Shown in pieces: positions 1 to 9,402 of a DNA stretch of 64,000 nt. Source of the stretch: a virus (Duplodnaviria > Heunggongvirae > Uroviricota > Caudoviricetes). The notes under the pieces are model-generated. The model did not search any database. It worked only from the letters and a program-made list of their open reading frames with translations, and was not told the DNA's origin. The stretch is from the IMG/VR virus record IMGVR_UViG_3300021387_000074, one strand, 5' to 3'. The translations under genes were made by a program, and so were the position numbers. Positions within the stretch are counted from its first letter, which is position 1, and the number at the start of each line of letters is the position of its first letter.

Positions 1-237
1 CATTAATGACTTCTTTATCTTCGTTGCTGTAGCTTTCTAATATATCTAGAATTATCTGGGTGTCTTTATTCTGCCCCTGCATTGAAGTATCCCAAAGTTT
101 TTCAAAGAAATCTCTTATTATTGCATTTTGTATGTCGTAATCTTCATCGCTACACCAAATGTCTTTATCAAAATTTACATTATCAATCATAAATACCTCA
201 AAAAAAGAAGGGGCTATAACTAGCCCCTCCCTTTTAA

Positions 238-1734
238 TTACAAGATCTTACCAAGCTCCAACTTTGTGAAGTTGTCTTCACGAATAAGTCTTGAAAGTGT
301 TGCTTTGAAGACCTTAGTGCTGCTTGGAATTACAACATAAGATTTCTTGCCTTCACCGAACACACCTACGCGGCAAACGTCGCCATTCTTGTCTTTTCCA
401 AGAATTACAGATTTGATAACCTGTGGTGCGAAAGTTCCATAAATATCTTTAGAGAACTTGTTTTCTGTTCCAAGCAAGTTGTTATACATACCTGAACAGC
501 TCTGGTGAATATCTGCGATTATTTCAGCGTTCTGCTGAGAAACCTTTGGAAGAAGAAGAACGATAGAATCCATATCGTTGATGAATTCAGTTGCTTCAGG
601 TACTACCTTATTGCCGCTCTTCTTTGCTGCTTCAACAGCTTTTTCCAGCTTTCTGAATGTTCCAGTCCAATCACCATATTTCTGAGCAATCATATCTACC
701 AAAGCGTTTTCGTATTTAGTAGAACCAAGAGTATTTGTAGACTCAAGTCTTGCGATATACTCATTGATAATATCCGAAAGTTTCTTGTTTGGATCGATTG
801 TGTTATCCATACCGTCATTAACGTTGGCTTCTACAATCTGCTTAACGTGGTCAGCAACCAAGTTGATAAATGCTTCAACCTGATCTTCTGTCTTGAAGTT
901 GTTTGAACCAAGTCCAATCATACCTGCACAGACATTCTTGATAACGATTGGGTCATCAATACCAAGTTTTGCCAAAGCTTTTACGAACTCTTTCAAGTAA
1001 GTAATTGAACGCCAAGAAAGAATGTTGTAAACATTTCCCTTTCTCTTATAGATGTTTGAGATGTCGTGGTTCTGAAGGTCGATATAACCAAGTGAACCAT
1101 CAACGTGAGAATACTTAACGATAAGGTCGTTAATCATCTCGTTATACTGCTTTTCGATTTCGTCTTCATCTACGTCTGAAGCAGCTCTTGTTTTTGGTGT
1201 CTGATGTACAAGACACTCGTGTATAATTTCTGAGTTGTTGTATCCCCAAAGAAGGTTAACGATACAGAAACGGTTAATTGTTGGAGCCATAATATTCATA
1301 AAACTTGGCAAGTTTTCTGAATAGTTAGCTGCTGCAATAATGATACAGTCTTCTGGAAGACATTTACCATTACCAATTCTGCGGTCGAAGATAAGCGAAA
1401 GCAAAGAACCCTGAACCTGTTCAGAACAAGTAGAAATCTCATCACAGAAAAGAAGTGATGGTTTATTATCTTTTGAAGCGTCCATAATACGCTGGAACCA
1501 AATTGGATCCTTCTGAACGAGTGTAGGTGAACCTGGCTCGTTTACCTGATAACCCATAATATCATCAGGGCTAAAACGCGAACCAATCAACTGTTCATAG
1601 TGATAACCTTTTTCTTTTGCCCAATTGGTAAGACTTGTTGTTTTACCATAACCTGGGTTAGAAATCAGCAAGATTGGCTGCTTTGTGATTTTTGACAACT
1701 CAATGTAGTCATAAATGTTTTGTGAAATACTCAT
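238..1734 (-). CDS. AAA+ ATPase, MoxR/CobS-like, with C-terminal extension
   Basis: Walker A 'SNPGYGKTT', Walker B 'LLFCDEI', sensor 'IIAAAN'. Strong SD (AAGGAAGGAAG) upstream of ATG. Confidence 0.8.
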   Translation of the reverse strand: MSISQNIYDYIELSKITKQPILLISNPGYGKTTSLTNWAKEKGYHYEQLIGSRFSPDDIMGYQVNEPGSPTLVQKDPIWFQRIMDASKDNKPSLLFCDEISTCSEQVQGSLLSLIFDRRIGNGKCLPEDCIIIAAANYSENLPSFMNIMAPTINRFCIVNLLWGYNNSEIIHECLVHQTPKTRAASDVDEDEIEKQYNEMINDLIVKYSHVDGSLGYIDLQNHDISNIYKRKGNVYNILSWRSITYLKEFVKALAKLGIDDPIVIKNVCAGMIGLGSNNFKTEDQVEAFINLVADHVKQIVEANVNDGMDNTIDPNKKLSDIINEYIARLESTNTLGSTKYENALVDMIAQKYGDWTGTFRKLEKAVEAAKKSGNKVVPEATEFINDMDSIVLLLPKVSQQNAEIIADIHQSCSGMYNNLLGTENKFSKDIYGTFAPQVIKSVILGKDKNGDVCRVGVFGEGKKSYVVIPSSTKVFKATLSRLIREDNFTKLELGKIL

Positions 1735-1834
1735 AGTTTCTTCCTTCCTTTGTATTTGTTTTCTTTATGTTAATATTTTAACACAAATTTAATTTTTTGT
1801 AAATCTCAGTGACCAGCCTGAAGGCTGGTTTCAA

Positions 1835-3922
1835 TTAGGCGGCTGCTTCTTCAATTTTTTTTTGAGTTTGAAATGAAGGATCTTTTCGACAAAGCTTCAT
1901 ATAATTGAAGAACAATCTAAAGTTTTCGGCGCTATAACCATCAAGATTGCTTTTACACATATTATACAACGGATATGCAGAAAAGTCAATATTATAGCTA
2001 GGAACCTCTTCAACTCCACACATAGTAAATGAACTATGGTACTGAGCGTCGTATACTTCTTTCTTGTACAACTCTCTTAAAAGCTTGAAGTTTTCATCTG
2101 CTTCAAGTTCGTCAAATTCTGGATCATTGATAAGCTCTTCCATCTGCTCACTGTAATAATAACCAGCCGCTCTTGTGATTGCTTCTTTCTTTCTACAGTT
2201 TTCAAGTTCTGTTCTGATTGTGTCAACGTTTGCTTTTACAAGTGTATCAACATAATCTTTAAGAGTTTGGAAACCTTTGTCCTTATATTTCTTAAATACA
2301 GTTTCCTTACAAGGTCTTACAACTACATTGTAATCAAGACCAAGGTCTCTAAGAATTCTGATATAATCAGAAGCTTTTCCTGCTTTCTCTTCTTCAATAA
2401 GAACTCCAACTTCATCGTCAGCCAAATCAGGAGTTCCGCTTCTATAATAACCGTAAGTTGTTCCTTCGTTCTTACCACCAACACACTTGAATGTCATAGT
2501 CTGTTGAGTTTTGAAACCAAGTTTTCTACCAGTTGCCTCTTTCTTTACGTCACAGTAGTCTGCCCATTTAACACATCTTACTTCATCGCCCAAGAACTCT
2601 TTACAAGCCTTTAAGTTGTCGGCATCTTTGTAGTCTTTAGGAAACACAACAACATAGTCATGGTCAGGGTCAAAAGACTTAACTACGTTTGCGAATGAAG
2701 TAGAAGTAAGTTTACCCTTATCATCAAATGTCTGAAGTGATAAGAAGTTATCTACTACACCCTGCTTAACTGTAGATTTAATTCCGTTAAAGTCTACAAA
2801 GATATATTTATTAGGAGTTCCTCTCCAACCAGTGCTATATGATATTGGTCTAGATACATCGAGATGTGCTCCTCTTCCACCACGTCTTACAATTAAAGAC
2901 TTACAGAAGAAAAGATTATTAACCTTATTCTCAATTTTTTCATTTAGCTCAGGGTCATAACTCTGATTTGCGCGAAGTTTAATTGCGTCTGTAAAATGAT
3001 AGTTGTCAAAATTTTGATTGATTTTGTCGTAATATTCTCCGATAACTTTCTTTACACCATTACAAATAAATTCAACTGTTTTATCATCATAGTGTAAAAC
3101 CTCGCGAGAAGGTGTAAGAGATACATCTGACTTACCAGCCATAATATTAATCTTCTCAACGCCTGCAGAACGGAAGTCGCTTCTAATCTCATCTCCACGA
3201 GCTTTCAAGTCGCTAAGGTTAACATTGAAGTTTACACCTGCTACATTAACTGTAATTTCTGGATTGTATCCGCAATTACCAATTTTAATAGAGTCCATAG
3301 AATAGAACTCTCTATCTTTTGCGAAAGATTCCCAATCAAAATTAGGATCTTCGCTAAATGTATTTACTTCTGGAAGAAAAGAAGTCCCCCTGAAAAACTT
3401 TTGAGCTTCTTCATCCCATTCACTATATTCCCAATCTCTGAGCCCCTTCAAATCAAATCTGATTTCAAGACCTGTTGGTTCATTACCAATTGGCTCTTCC
3501 TTTATTTTTTCAACGGTAGGTAAACCGTTTTTCTTTTCCATCTTGTAAGTAATCTTCTTGCCTTCACTGTAAGAAGTTACAAAATATTTATCAACAAGAG
3601 AAAACGGAGTCTTTGAGCCAAGTCCAAAATAACCAGTCTGATCTTCTCTGTCTGATTTTGTAGATGTGAAGTAATTAACGTAAATGTTATAAATCAAATC
3701 TTCAGGGATACCAGTTCCAAAGTCTCGAATATAAAAGAACTGTTCGCTAGGCGTTGGAAGATGCAAAATAAAAGGGTCGTCATCTTTACCCGCATCACGA
3801 TGTGAGTCATAAGCGTTTGTGCTTAACTCACGAATGATTGCTAATTTTGGGTTTGAATACAAATTGCTACTCAAAATCTGAAATGCTTCTGCAGTAGCAG
3901 CCATATTAAATGTTGATTCCAT
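1835..3922 (-). CDS. Hsp90/HtpG-family GHKL ATPase (chaperone homolog)
   Basis: N-terminus 'NLYSNPKLAIIRELSTNAYDS' parallels HtpG '[20 protein letters not shown]'. G1 box 'IRDFGTGI', G2 box 'GYFGLGSKT'. Length 695 aa is similar to HtpG. Confidence 0.75.
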   Translation of the reverse strand: MESTFNMAATAEAFQILSSNLYSNPKLAIIRELSTNAYDSHRDAGKDDDPFILHLPTPSEQFFYIRDFGTGIPEDLIYNIYVNYFTSTKSDREDQTGYFGLGSKTPFSLVDKYFVTSYSEGKKITYKMEKKNGLPTVEKIKEEPIGNEPTGLEIRFDLKGLRDWEYSEWDEEAQKFFRGTSFLPEVNTFSEDPNFDWESFAKDREFYSMDSIKIGNCGYNPEITVNVAGVNFNVNLSDLKARGDEIRSDFRSAGVEKINIMAGKSDVSLTPSREVLHYDDKTVEFICNGVKKVIGEYYDKINQNFDNYHFTDAIKLRANQSYDPELNEKIENKVNNLFFCKSLIVRRGGRGAHLDVSRPISYSTGWRGTPNKYIFVDFNGIKSTVKQGVVDNFLSLQTFDDKGKLTSTSFANVVKSFDPDHDYVVVFPKDYKDADNLKACKEFLGDEVRCVKWADYCDVKKEATGRKLGFKTQQTMTFKCVGGKNEGTTYGYYRSGTPDLADDEVGVLIEEEKAGKASDYIRILRDLGLDYNVVVRPCKETVFKKYKDKGFQTLKDYVDTLVKANVDTIRTELENCRKKEAITRAAGYYYSEQMEELINDPEFDELEADENFKLLRELYKKEVYDAQYHSSFTMCGVEEVPSYNIDFSAYPLYNMCKSNLDGYSAENFRLFFNYMKLCRKDPSFQTQKKIEEAAA

Positions 3923-4016
3923 TTTTTTCTCCGTTTAATTAAATCTTAATTTATTATACCATAAACTCACTTTTTTGTAAATTGCAGAGAGCAGGGTTCG
4001 CCCTGCTCTCGCTATG

Positions 4017-6299
4017 TTAATTGTTTTTAACTAAAATCTTTTCAAACTGTCCACAGAATTCATTGAACTTTGTGCCAGTGTAGTGCTGAATAACATCCAT
4101 ACTACTCCAACATACAAGGTATGCTGTATCAAAATCTTCAACGTTCCAATCTTCAAGTGTATCTTCACAGTCAGATACTACGAAAAGGTTTCCAATATCA
4201 GCTGGCTGCATCTTATCCTTAACGTATCTAATGCCTGAGCCAATATCTGTTCCACCACCTGAAACCGCTTTGATTTCATCCTTTGAATCAAATATTGCAC
4301 GAAGACCAGTATCCCAAAGAACGATCGTACATTTCTTATCAACCATTCTAGATACATTCTTAAAGATATTACAGAATCCCAAAATATTCTTTTCTGAGAT
4401 AGAACCTGAAACGTCGAGAATAACTGTCATCGGAACATCCTCATAACGAGTTTCTTCACGATAACGTGGTGTAAGAACATCACCACAACCACGACCGCGG
4501 TTATAATTATAAAGCAAGTCTCTCTTAGAAGTTGTGATACTACGGTTAATCAAAAGTTCCTTGATTTCTTTTTCAAGTCCTTCGAAGTCAACCCAGTTAG
4601 AACATCCATCTGCAAGAACAGTTCCCTGTCCACCGCCACCACCTTTTGAGTAGCCCTGGAGTTCCTGATTCTGAGCGGCAGACTGTTCAGCCTTTGTTTC
4701 TACCATTTTCTGATAGTCTGTAACAATCTTCTGAACAAAGTTCTTGATCATTTCTTCAAGCTCTTCTTTTGTTGGCTGGTAAGGTTCTTCTACATCTCCA
4801 TCACCATCTTCGCCATCCTCTCCTTCTCCCGAATCCTGCCCATCTCCGCTTTCGCCCAACTGATCTGCATTATCGCCTTCAGCCTCTGATTCTCCGTCAG
4901 AGTTGTTCTCGGATTCATCTCCGTCTCCTGATAAATCTTCTCCGCTTTCACTAGATTCATCAGAACCTCCAGAAGATGCGTCGTTAGAAGCTGTGGATCC
5001 GTCATCTTCAGACTTCTCACCATCTTCTTCACTTCCGCCAGCATTTGAGTTCTGTTCATCTTCGGCTGAGTCTCCTCTATCAGAGCTTCCGCCGCTAGAA
5101 CTAGAATCTCCGTCTCTGTCGTCGGAGTCATTTCCGTCTTTAGATGAACTTCCCCCGTTAGAGGATTCTTTGTCTTCACTGCCTTTTTCTTCATCTGAAG
5201 AACCTCCGCCTACTCCGTCTGATCCGCTTTCAGATTTATCGTCAGATTTACTCTGTCCACTTGAGGCGCCAGCACTTTGTGAATCTCTATCTTCAGTATC
5301 TCCATCCTTGTTGTTAGAAGAAGAACCGCTTTGATTCTGAGAGCCGCTATTTTCATTCTGATTTTTTCCATCTTTCCAATCCTGTGACTGAGTATTTGCG
5401 GCAGCATCCTGGTTCTGTTGGTCTGAGCCCATACCCTGCTGTGGCTGCTGATTCTGCTGTCCGCTCTGAGAACCATTCTGCTGCTGATTGTTCTGTTGCT
5501 GGTTCTGCTGACCGCTCTGCCCATTCTGATTGTTCTGACCATTCTGATTTTGCTGATTGTTTTTCTGCTTTCTCTGTGGCTTATCCTTCTCTTCCTTATT
5601 GTGGTTCATATCAGCTTCATCTGGCTGACCACCACTTGAAGAACCGTCCTGGTTTGTATTACAACCACCCTGAGTACCGTTATTCTGCTGTCTGTTTCTC
5701 TGATTAGCTTGGGCTTGTGCCTGAGCCTGATTCATAAACCACTCTTCAGGGTTCTGCAAAATCAAAAGCAAATACTCGTTTGCTGTTAATCCTGGCGGAT
5801 ATCCAACATCTTGTGGAAGCATGTGATAAACTGGCTTTCCATCAATTATACACTCTTCAGGGTAAAGTGTATCCAAATATCTTACTTCATCTTCTGTGAA
5901 ATACTTTGTAAGACATTCCCAATCGCGCAACATTTTAAAGATATAATCTTCAAAGATGTCGTACATATTATCAACGTCCTGAACTGGATCATCAAATAAT
6001 GGTTTAAGTTTTTCATAAACCGCTCTGATTTTTGGAGCTGAAAACTTGAAGTCCAAACTCTGATGCTTTGCGTAATGCTGCAACTTAATGTGAGCGAACT
6101 CGATAGTTTTCAACCATTCCTTCAGTTCTTCGGGAAGCTGATCATTCAAAGCAATACGATAAACACTACCAGCAAGTCTATTGGAAATACGGTAAGTGTA
6201 ACAAACATTGCTCCAAGATTTGTTAGGAACTATCTGATAAAGTAGTCCTTTAGAAAATTTGTCCATTTCCTTTTTACAAGCTGGCAAGTTCATAGTCAT
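4017..6299 (-). CDS. von Willebrand factor A (VWA) protein with ~330-aa acidic/Q/N/S/G-rich disordered linker (CobT/BchD-like architecture)
   Basis: C-terminal MIDAS motif 'VILDVSGSIS' followed by 'SGGGTDIGSGI'. Central low-complexity region of about residues 190-520. Conserved N-terminal ~190-aa domain. Confidence 0.8.
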   Translation of the reverse strand: MTMNLPACKKEMDKFSKGLLYQIVPNKSWSNVCYTYRISNRLAGSVYRIALNDQLPEELKEWLKTIEFAHIKLQHYAKHQSLDFKFSAPKIRAVYEKLKPLFDDPVQDVDNMYDIFEDYIFKMLRDWECLTKYFTEDEVRYLDTLYPEECIIDGKPVYHMLPQDVGYPPGLTANEYLLLILQNPEEWFMNQAQAQAQANQRNRQQNNGTQGGCNTNQDGSSSGGQPDEADMNHNKEEKDKPQRKQKNNQQNQNGQNNQNGQSGQQNQQQNNQQQNGSQSGQQNQQPQQGMGSDQQNQDAAANTQSQDWKDGKNQNENSGSQNQSGSSSNNKDGDTEDRDSQSAGASSGQSKSDDKSESGSDGVGGGSSDEEKGSEDKESSNGGSSSKDGNDSDDRDGDSSSSGGSSDRGDSAEDEQNSNAGGSEEDGEKSEDDGSTASNDASSGGSDESSESGEDLSGDGDESENNSDGESEAEGDNADQLGESGDGQDSGEGEDGEDGDGDVEEPYQPTKEELEEMIKNFVQKIVTDYQKMVETKAEQSAAQNQELQGYSKGGGGGQGTVLADGCSNWVDFEGLEKEIKELLINRSITTSKRDLLYNYNRGRGCGDVLTPRYREETRYEDVPMTVILDVSGSISEKNILGFCNIFKNVSRMVDKKCTIVLWDTGLRAIFDSKDEIKAVSGGGTDIGSGIRYVKDKMQPADIGNLFVVSDCEDTLEDWNVEDFDTAYLVCWSSMDVIQHYTGTKFNEFCGQFEKILVKNN

Positions 6300-6374
6300 T
6301 ACTCCTAAAATTAAAAACTGTAAGGTCTTCCTTCCTTACAGTTTTATTATATCACGAAAATAAATTTTTGTAAA

Positions 6375-6587
6375 TTATTTCTTCTTCTTTTTCTTGTGCT
6401 TCTTAGCACCATCTGGAACACCATAAAGATTCTTGGCTTCACCCGTAACAACATCTTTCCACATCTTCATTCCACGTGCAAGTTCTGCTGCTTCTTTTGG
6501 ATCGGTGGAACCAAAAAGTATAGATGGATCTGATGGTGAAGGAAAGCCATAAAATTTTATCAGTTTTGGTTTTTCTCTTCCGAACAT
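6375..6587 (-). CDS. small basic hypothetical protein (poly-Lys C-terminus)
   Basis: ORF with upstream promoter-like motif at 6343-6378. No recognisable domain. Confidence 0.35.
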   Translation of the reverse strand: MFGREKPKLIKFYGFPSPSDPSILFGSTDPKEAAELARGMKMWKDVVTGEAKNLYGVPDGAKKHKKKKKK

Positions 6588-6760
6588 TTATTTCTCCTAT
6601 AAGTTCTAACATTTACAACAATACAAATAGCGTTAAGAACAATAAAAATTATTTCCATAACAAAAACGGCAACACTTGTTGTTGTAATTGCACAAAGCAA
6701 ACAAAGAAGTAAAGCAAGTGAGTTAATTGTTATTCCAAATAAGCAAAACATATTGCCTCC

Positions 6761-6985
6761 TTAATTGATTGTAGCAAGAAGTTCTTTGAGTTTCAAAACT
6801 TCTTCTTTTGTAAGAGTCAAACCTTTCTGCATTTTCTTTGAACCATCTTCTTCGGTAGTCCAGTTTCTTAAATCATACTTTGGCTCCGCGCCATTATATG
6901 AAATGATATTTAATTCTTTCGAGTATTTGCCACTCGCAGAAATTGTCCCAAGTTTTTCTTTGATTTCAAATGAGAATTCTGCCAT
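6761..6985 (-). CDS. hypothetical protein (possible YdbC/PC4-like small ssDNA-binding fold)
   Basis: 74-aa ORF with pattern 'ISYNGAEPKYDLRNW...KGLTLTKEE'. Weak resemblance only. Confidence 0.35.
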   Translation of the reverse strand: MAEFSFEIKEKLGTISASGKYSKELNIISYNGAEPKYDLRNWTTEEDGSKKMQKGLTLTKEEVLKLKELLATIN

Positions 6986-7345
6986 TTAGTCCTCCTTTGG
7001 CGGTTCTTCTGAAGTTAGTTGTTTGTAAAGTTCGTCTGCTTTTTGCTTTAAATAATCGTCATTTAATGAATTATTAAATTTATTAATTTTCATAATTACA
7101 GCGTCAATTGGGTTTCTAACACCAATTTCGTGTAAAGACAACGAAGGAATTTCTTCAGCATCTATTACCGCCGCTTTACAAAAATTATAGCATACTCTTC
7201 TTAATCCGTCAAGTTTGGCTAATGCCTCCTTTTCATTTGACCAGCCTTTAATACCATTAGCGGCAGCTGTGAGTATCTCAGCAAGCTCGTATTTGTCCAA
7301 CCTCTTCCTCCAAAGTCTCTTTTGCTTTTCTTTCGCAAAGATCAT
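6986..7345 (-). CDS. hypothetical protein
   Basis: ORF in the minus-strand gene series. The 5' end overlaps the next ORF, so the start is uncertain. Confidence 0.4.
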   Translation of the reverse strand: MIFAKEKQKRLWRKRLDKYELAEILTAAANGIKGWSNEKEALAKLDGLRRVCYNFCKAAVIDAEEIPSLSLHEIGVRNPIDAVIMKINKFNNSLNDDYLKQKADELYKQLTSEEPPKED

Positions 7346-7805
7346 CTAAAAGATTATCAAGCGCCTTGCGGGTATCGTACTTTTCAACTTCAATGGCAAC
7401 CTTCTTTGTAAGCTCTTCATTTATATAAAAGTTGTTATACTTTTCGCCATTAAACTTAAACAAAGGACGACCATTTGTAGGATTGAAATTTGGATAATAA
7501 ACATCTTTACCATGCTTATAGGCATAAGCAATTTCGCGCTTTGCTCCCATAGAATCTTTCCAGTTTGGAAGAAGAGCAACTGCATCACAAGCATCAAGCA
7601 TTGCAAAGTCTACATGCAGCCAATCATCATATGAGAAAGCATTAAATTTCTGCATTGCATATGTAACAGCTGGGTTCATAACAGATTCAATTTTTTCGCC
7701 GACGTGATGTCCATGTTTAACAAGAAAAGTTTCAACTTTTCTAAAATTATCCCAAATCTTTTCTTCTGAAAGACCTGTCATTTTTCCACTAAGATAAACC
7801 TTCAT
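7278..7805 (-). CDS. nucleoside 2-deoxyribosyltransferase-like protein (NDT/DNPH1/DUF4406 fold)
   Basis: N-terminal 'MKVYLSGKMTG' and C-terminal 'CDAVALLPNW...GAKREIAYAYKHGKDVYY' match the NDT-family signature (AxVALLxG...EIGYAxAxGKPV). Confidence 0.5.
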   Translation of the reverse strand: MKVYLSGKMTGLSEEKIWDNFRKVETFLVKHGHHVGEKIESVMNPAVTYAMQKFNAFSYDDWLHVDFAMLDACDAVALLPNWKDSMGAKREIAYAYKHGKDVYYPNFNPTNGRPLFKFNGEKYNNFYINEELTKKVAIEVEKYDTRKALDNLLDDLCERKAKETLEEEVGQIRAC

Positions 7806-7807
7806 AA

Positions 7808-8206
7808 TTAATTCTCCTTCTTTAATTCAAGAACAGATTTGCCGTTTTCTTCAATAGCGCAGTACTCTGCAATTGAAAGAACGATAGCAGCAATACCACA
7901 AGTTATAAACATAAGCCAACCGATGCCACATATAGCCCCGAAAACAGATGGACATTTATTTTCAAATTTAGCGAATGCCCAAATAAGTTTAATAATTGCA
8001 CTTCCAATAGAAGACAAAACAATTAAGCCAACTGAAGAAACAACACCATAAATAGCAAGCATCATTTCTTTTCCAAGGAATGTTAAGTTTTCTGATTCAA
8101 ACAATTCGTCAATTTTAATTTTGAGTTTTTTTAGAAAACCTTCTTTCTGCTTTTTTGCAGGAGTTTCGCCAAAGGCGTCAACAAATACGTCTTTCTTCTT
8201 TCCCAT
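7808..8206 (-). CDS. membrane protein (2-3 TM helices)
   Basis: Hydrophobic segments 'LAIYGVVSSVGLIVLSSIGSAIIKLIWAF' and 'VFGAICGIGWLMFITCGIAAIVLSIA'. Confidence 0.45.
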   Translation of the reverse strand: MGKKKDVFVDAFGETPAKKQKEGFLKKLKIKIDELFESENLTFLGKEMMLAIYGVVSSVGLIVLSSIGSAIIKLIWAFAKFENKCPSVFGAICGIGWLMFITCGIAAIVLSIAEYCAIEENGKSVLELKKEN

Positions 8207-8862
8207 TATACTACCTCGTCAACAAGACCAAATTCAACAAGCTGCTCAGGTGTGTAATAAGTTTCTGTTTTGAACATTGTATCAAGCTGCTCTTCTGTAA
8301 GTTTAGAATGCTCAAGATAAACACCTTTATAGATCTTGTTCCAATTTTTGTTATTTGCAATAGCAATTTCCTGCTCTTCCTGAGTCTTAGGCATTGTATC
8401 TAATGCTCTCATTGGATGAATAAGGCTCATAGCATACTTAGAACAAGTTCTGTGATTTCCAACACAAGCGATAAGAGAAGCACCTGAATCGGCTTCGCCT
8501 TCAATGTGTGTATTTACTTTGATAGGCACTAAAGCATCACCAATTTGGCAAGCCTTTCCGCTCTGAATATCTTTAATTACCTGAACAATCTGCAAAGCGT
8601 CTGAAAGACTTCCACCATTTGAATTGATATGAAGTTCAATGTCTGCAGGTTTGTTACCTGTTTCAATACAAGCGTTTGTAATTGTAAGTGCTACCTCATG
8701 CAAATTTATAATCAAAGATCTTGTTGTGTCAGGATTGATTTCTTCGTTGAAGTAGTAATGATTTCTTACCAAATAATTCTTTGGTTCACCGCCGCCACCA
8801 AGTGCCGACAAGTCTAAAATCTGTCCTTCTCCACAAGAGTCTTTTACTTCTTTTTCTTCCAT
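8206..8862 (-). CDS. ClpP-like serine protease (S14 family)
   Basis: 'INSNGGSLSDALQIV' (ClpP INSPGGSV), 'GEADSGASLIA' catalytic Ser region, 'MSLIHP' (MIHQP His), 'FGLVDEV'. Confidence 0.7.
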   Translation of the reverse strand: MEEKEVKDSCGEGQILDLSALGGGGEPKNYLVRNHYYFNEEINPDTTRSLIINLHEVALTITNACIETGNKPADIELHINSNGGSLSDALQIVQVIKDIQSGKACQIGDALVPIKVNTHIEGEADSGASLIACVGNHRTCSKYAMSLIHPMRALDTMPKTQEEQEIAIANNKNWNKIYKGVYLEHSKLTEEQLDTMFKTETYYTPEQLVEFGLVDEVV

Positions 8863-8953
8863 AGTTTCTCCTTTTTATTTCTTTATGAGATAATTATAAC
8901 ATTTATTTGATTTTTTGTAAACTAAATTGGCTGGGAGATACCCAGCCACTTGA

Positions 8954-9385
8954 TTAGAATTGATTTAATTCTTCTTTTTTCTTTAAGAACTTTAAGTATT
9001 TGAATTTATAGAACCATCGTTTTCTGAAAAAATGTTTTAGCCATCTTTTCATAGCATCTTCTTCATTTTCTATTCCCCAAGGATTATAAACAAGGATAGA
9101 AGTTTTAACTGCTTTCCCTTCTTTTTTCTTATCATGAATTTCGCCGAGATATACTAAAGAATCTTTAAAGGCTTCTTGATAATCTCTGTTTAAAAAAGTA
9201 TCAGAAAAAAGCATATACTTTATATCTATTACTTCGTCAGATACTCCCGATTTCAAAGATATTGGAAGACCACCTTTGTCGTAATCCTTGAATGTTACAG
9301 GAATAATTGAGTAATCCATTTTTGTCTTATTTTTGTCATACTGATAAACTGTTAGTTGTAAAAAATACAAATTGTCATCTTTCAT
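8954..9385 (-). CDS. hypothetical protein
   Basis: 143-aa ORF with its own upstream promoter motif. No domain recognised. Confidence 0.45.
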   Translation of the reverse strand: MKDDNLYFLQLTVYQYDKNKTKMDYSIIPVTFKDYDKGGLPISLKSGVSDEVIDIKYMLFSDTFLNRDYQEAFKDSLVYLGEIHDKKKEGKAVKTSILVYNPWGIENEEDAMKRWLKHFFRKRWFYKFKYLKFLKKKEELNQF

Positions 9386-9402
9386 ACTTTAATTATACAC
9401 TA

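Noticed and set aside
505-906. 133-aa plus-strand ORF inside the AAA+ ATPase gene
   Set aside because: It is fully embedded antisense to a strongly supported minus-strand gene. It has no promoter or RBS and is Cys/Phe/Leu-rich in the way of AT-rich antisense frames, so it is spurious.
4231-5707. Cluster of plus- and minus-strand ORFs (4231..4446, 4769..4954, 4790..5194, 4903..5334, 5210..5542, 5384..5707) inside the VWA gene
   Set aside because: All are alternative frames through the low-complexity GA/GC-rich repeat region of the 760-aa protein. The compositional bias keeps frames open. None has start-site signals.
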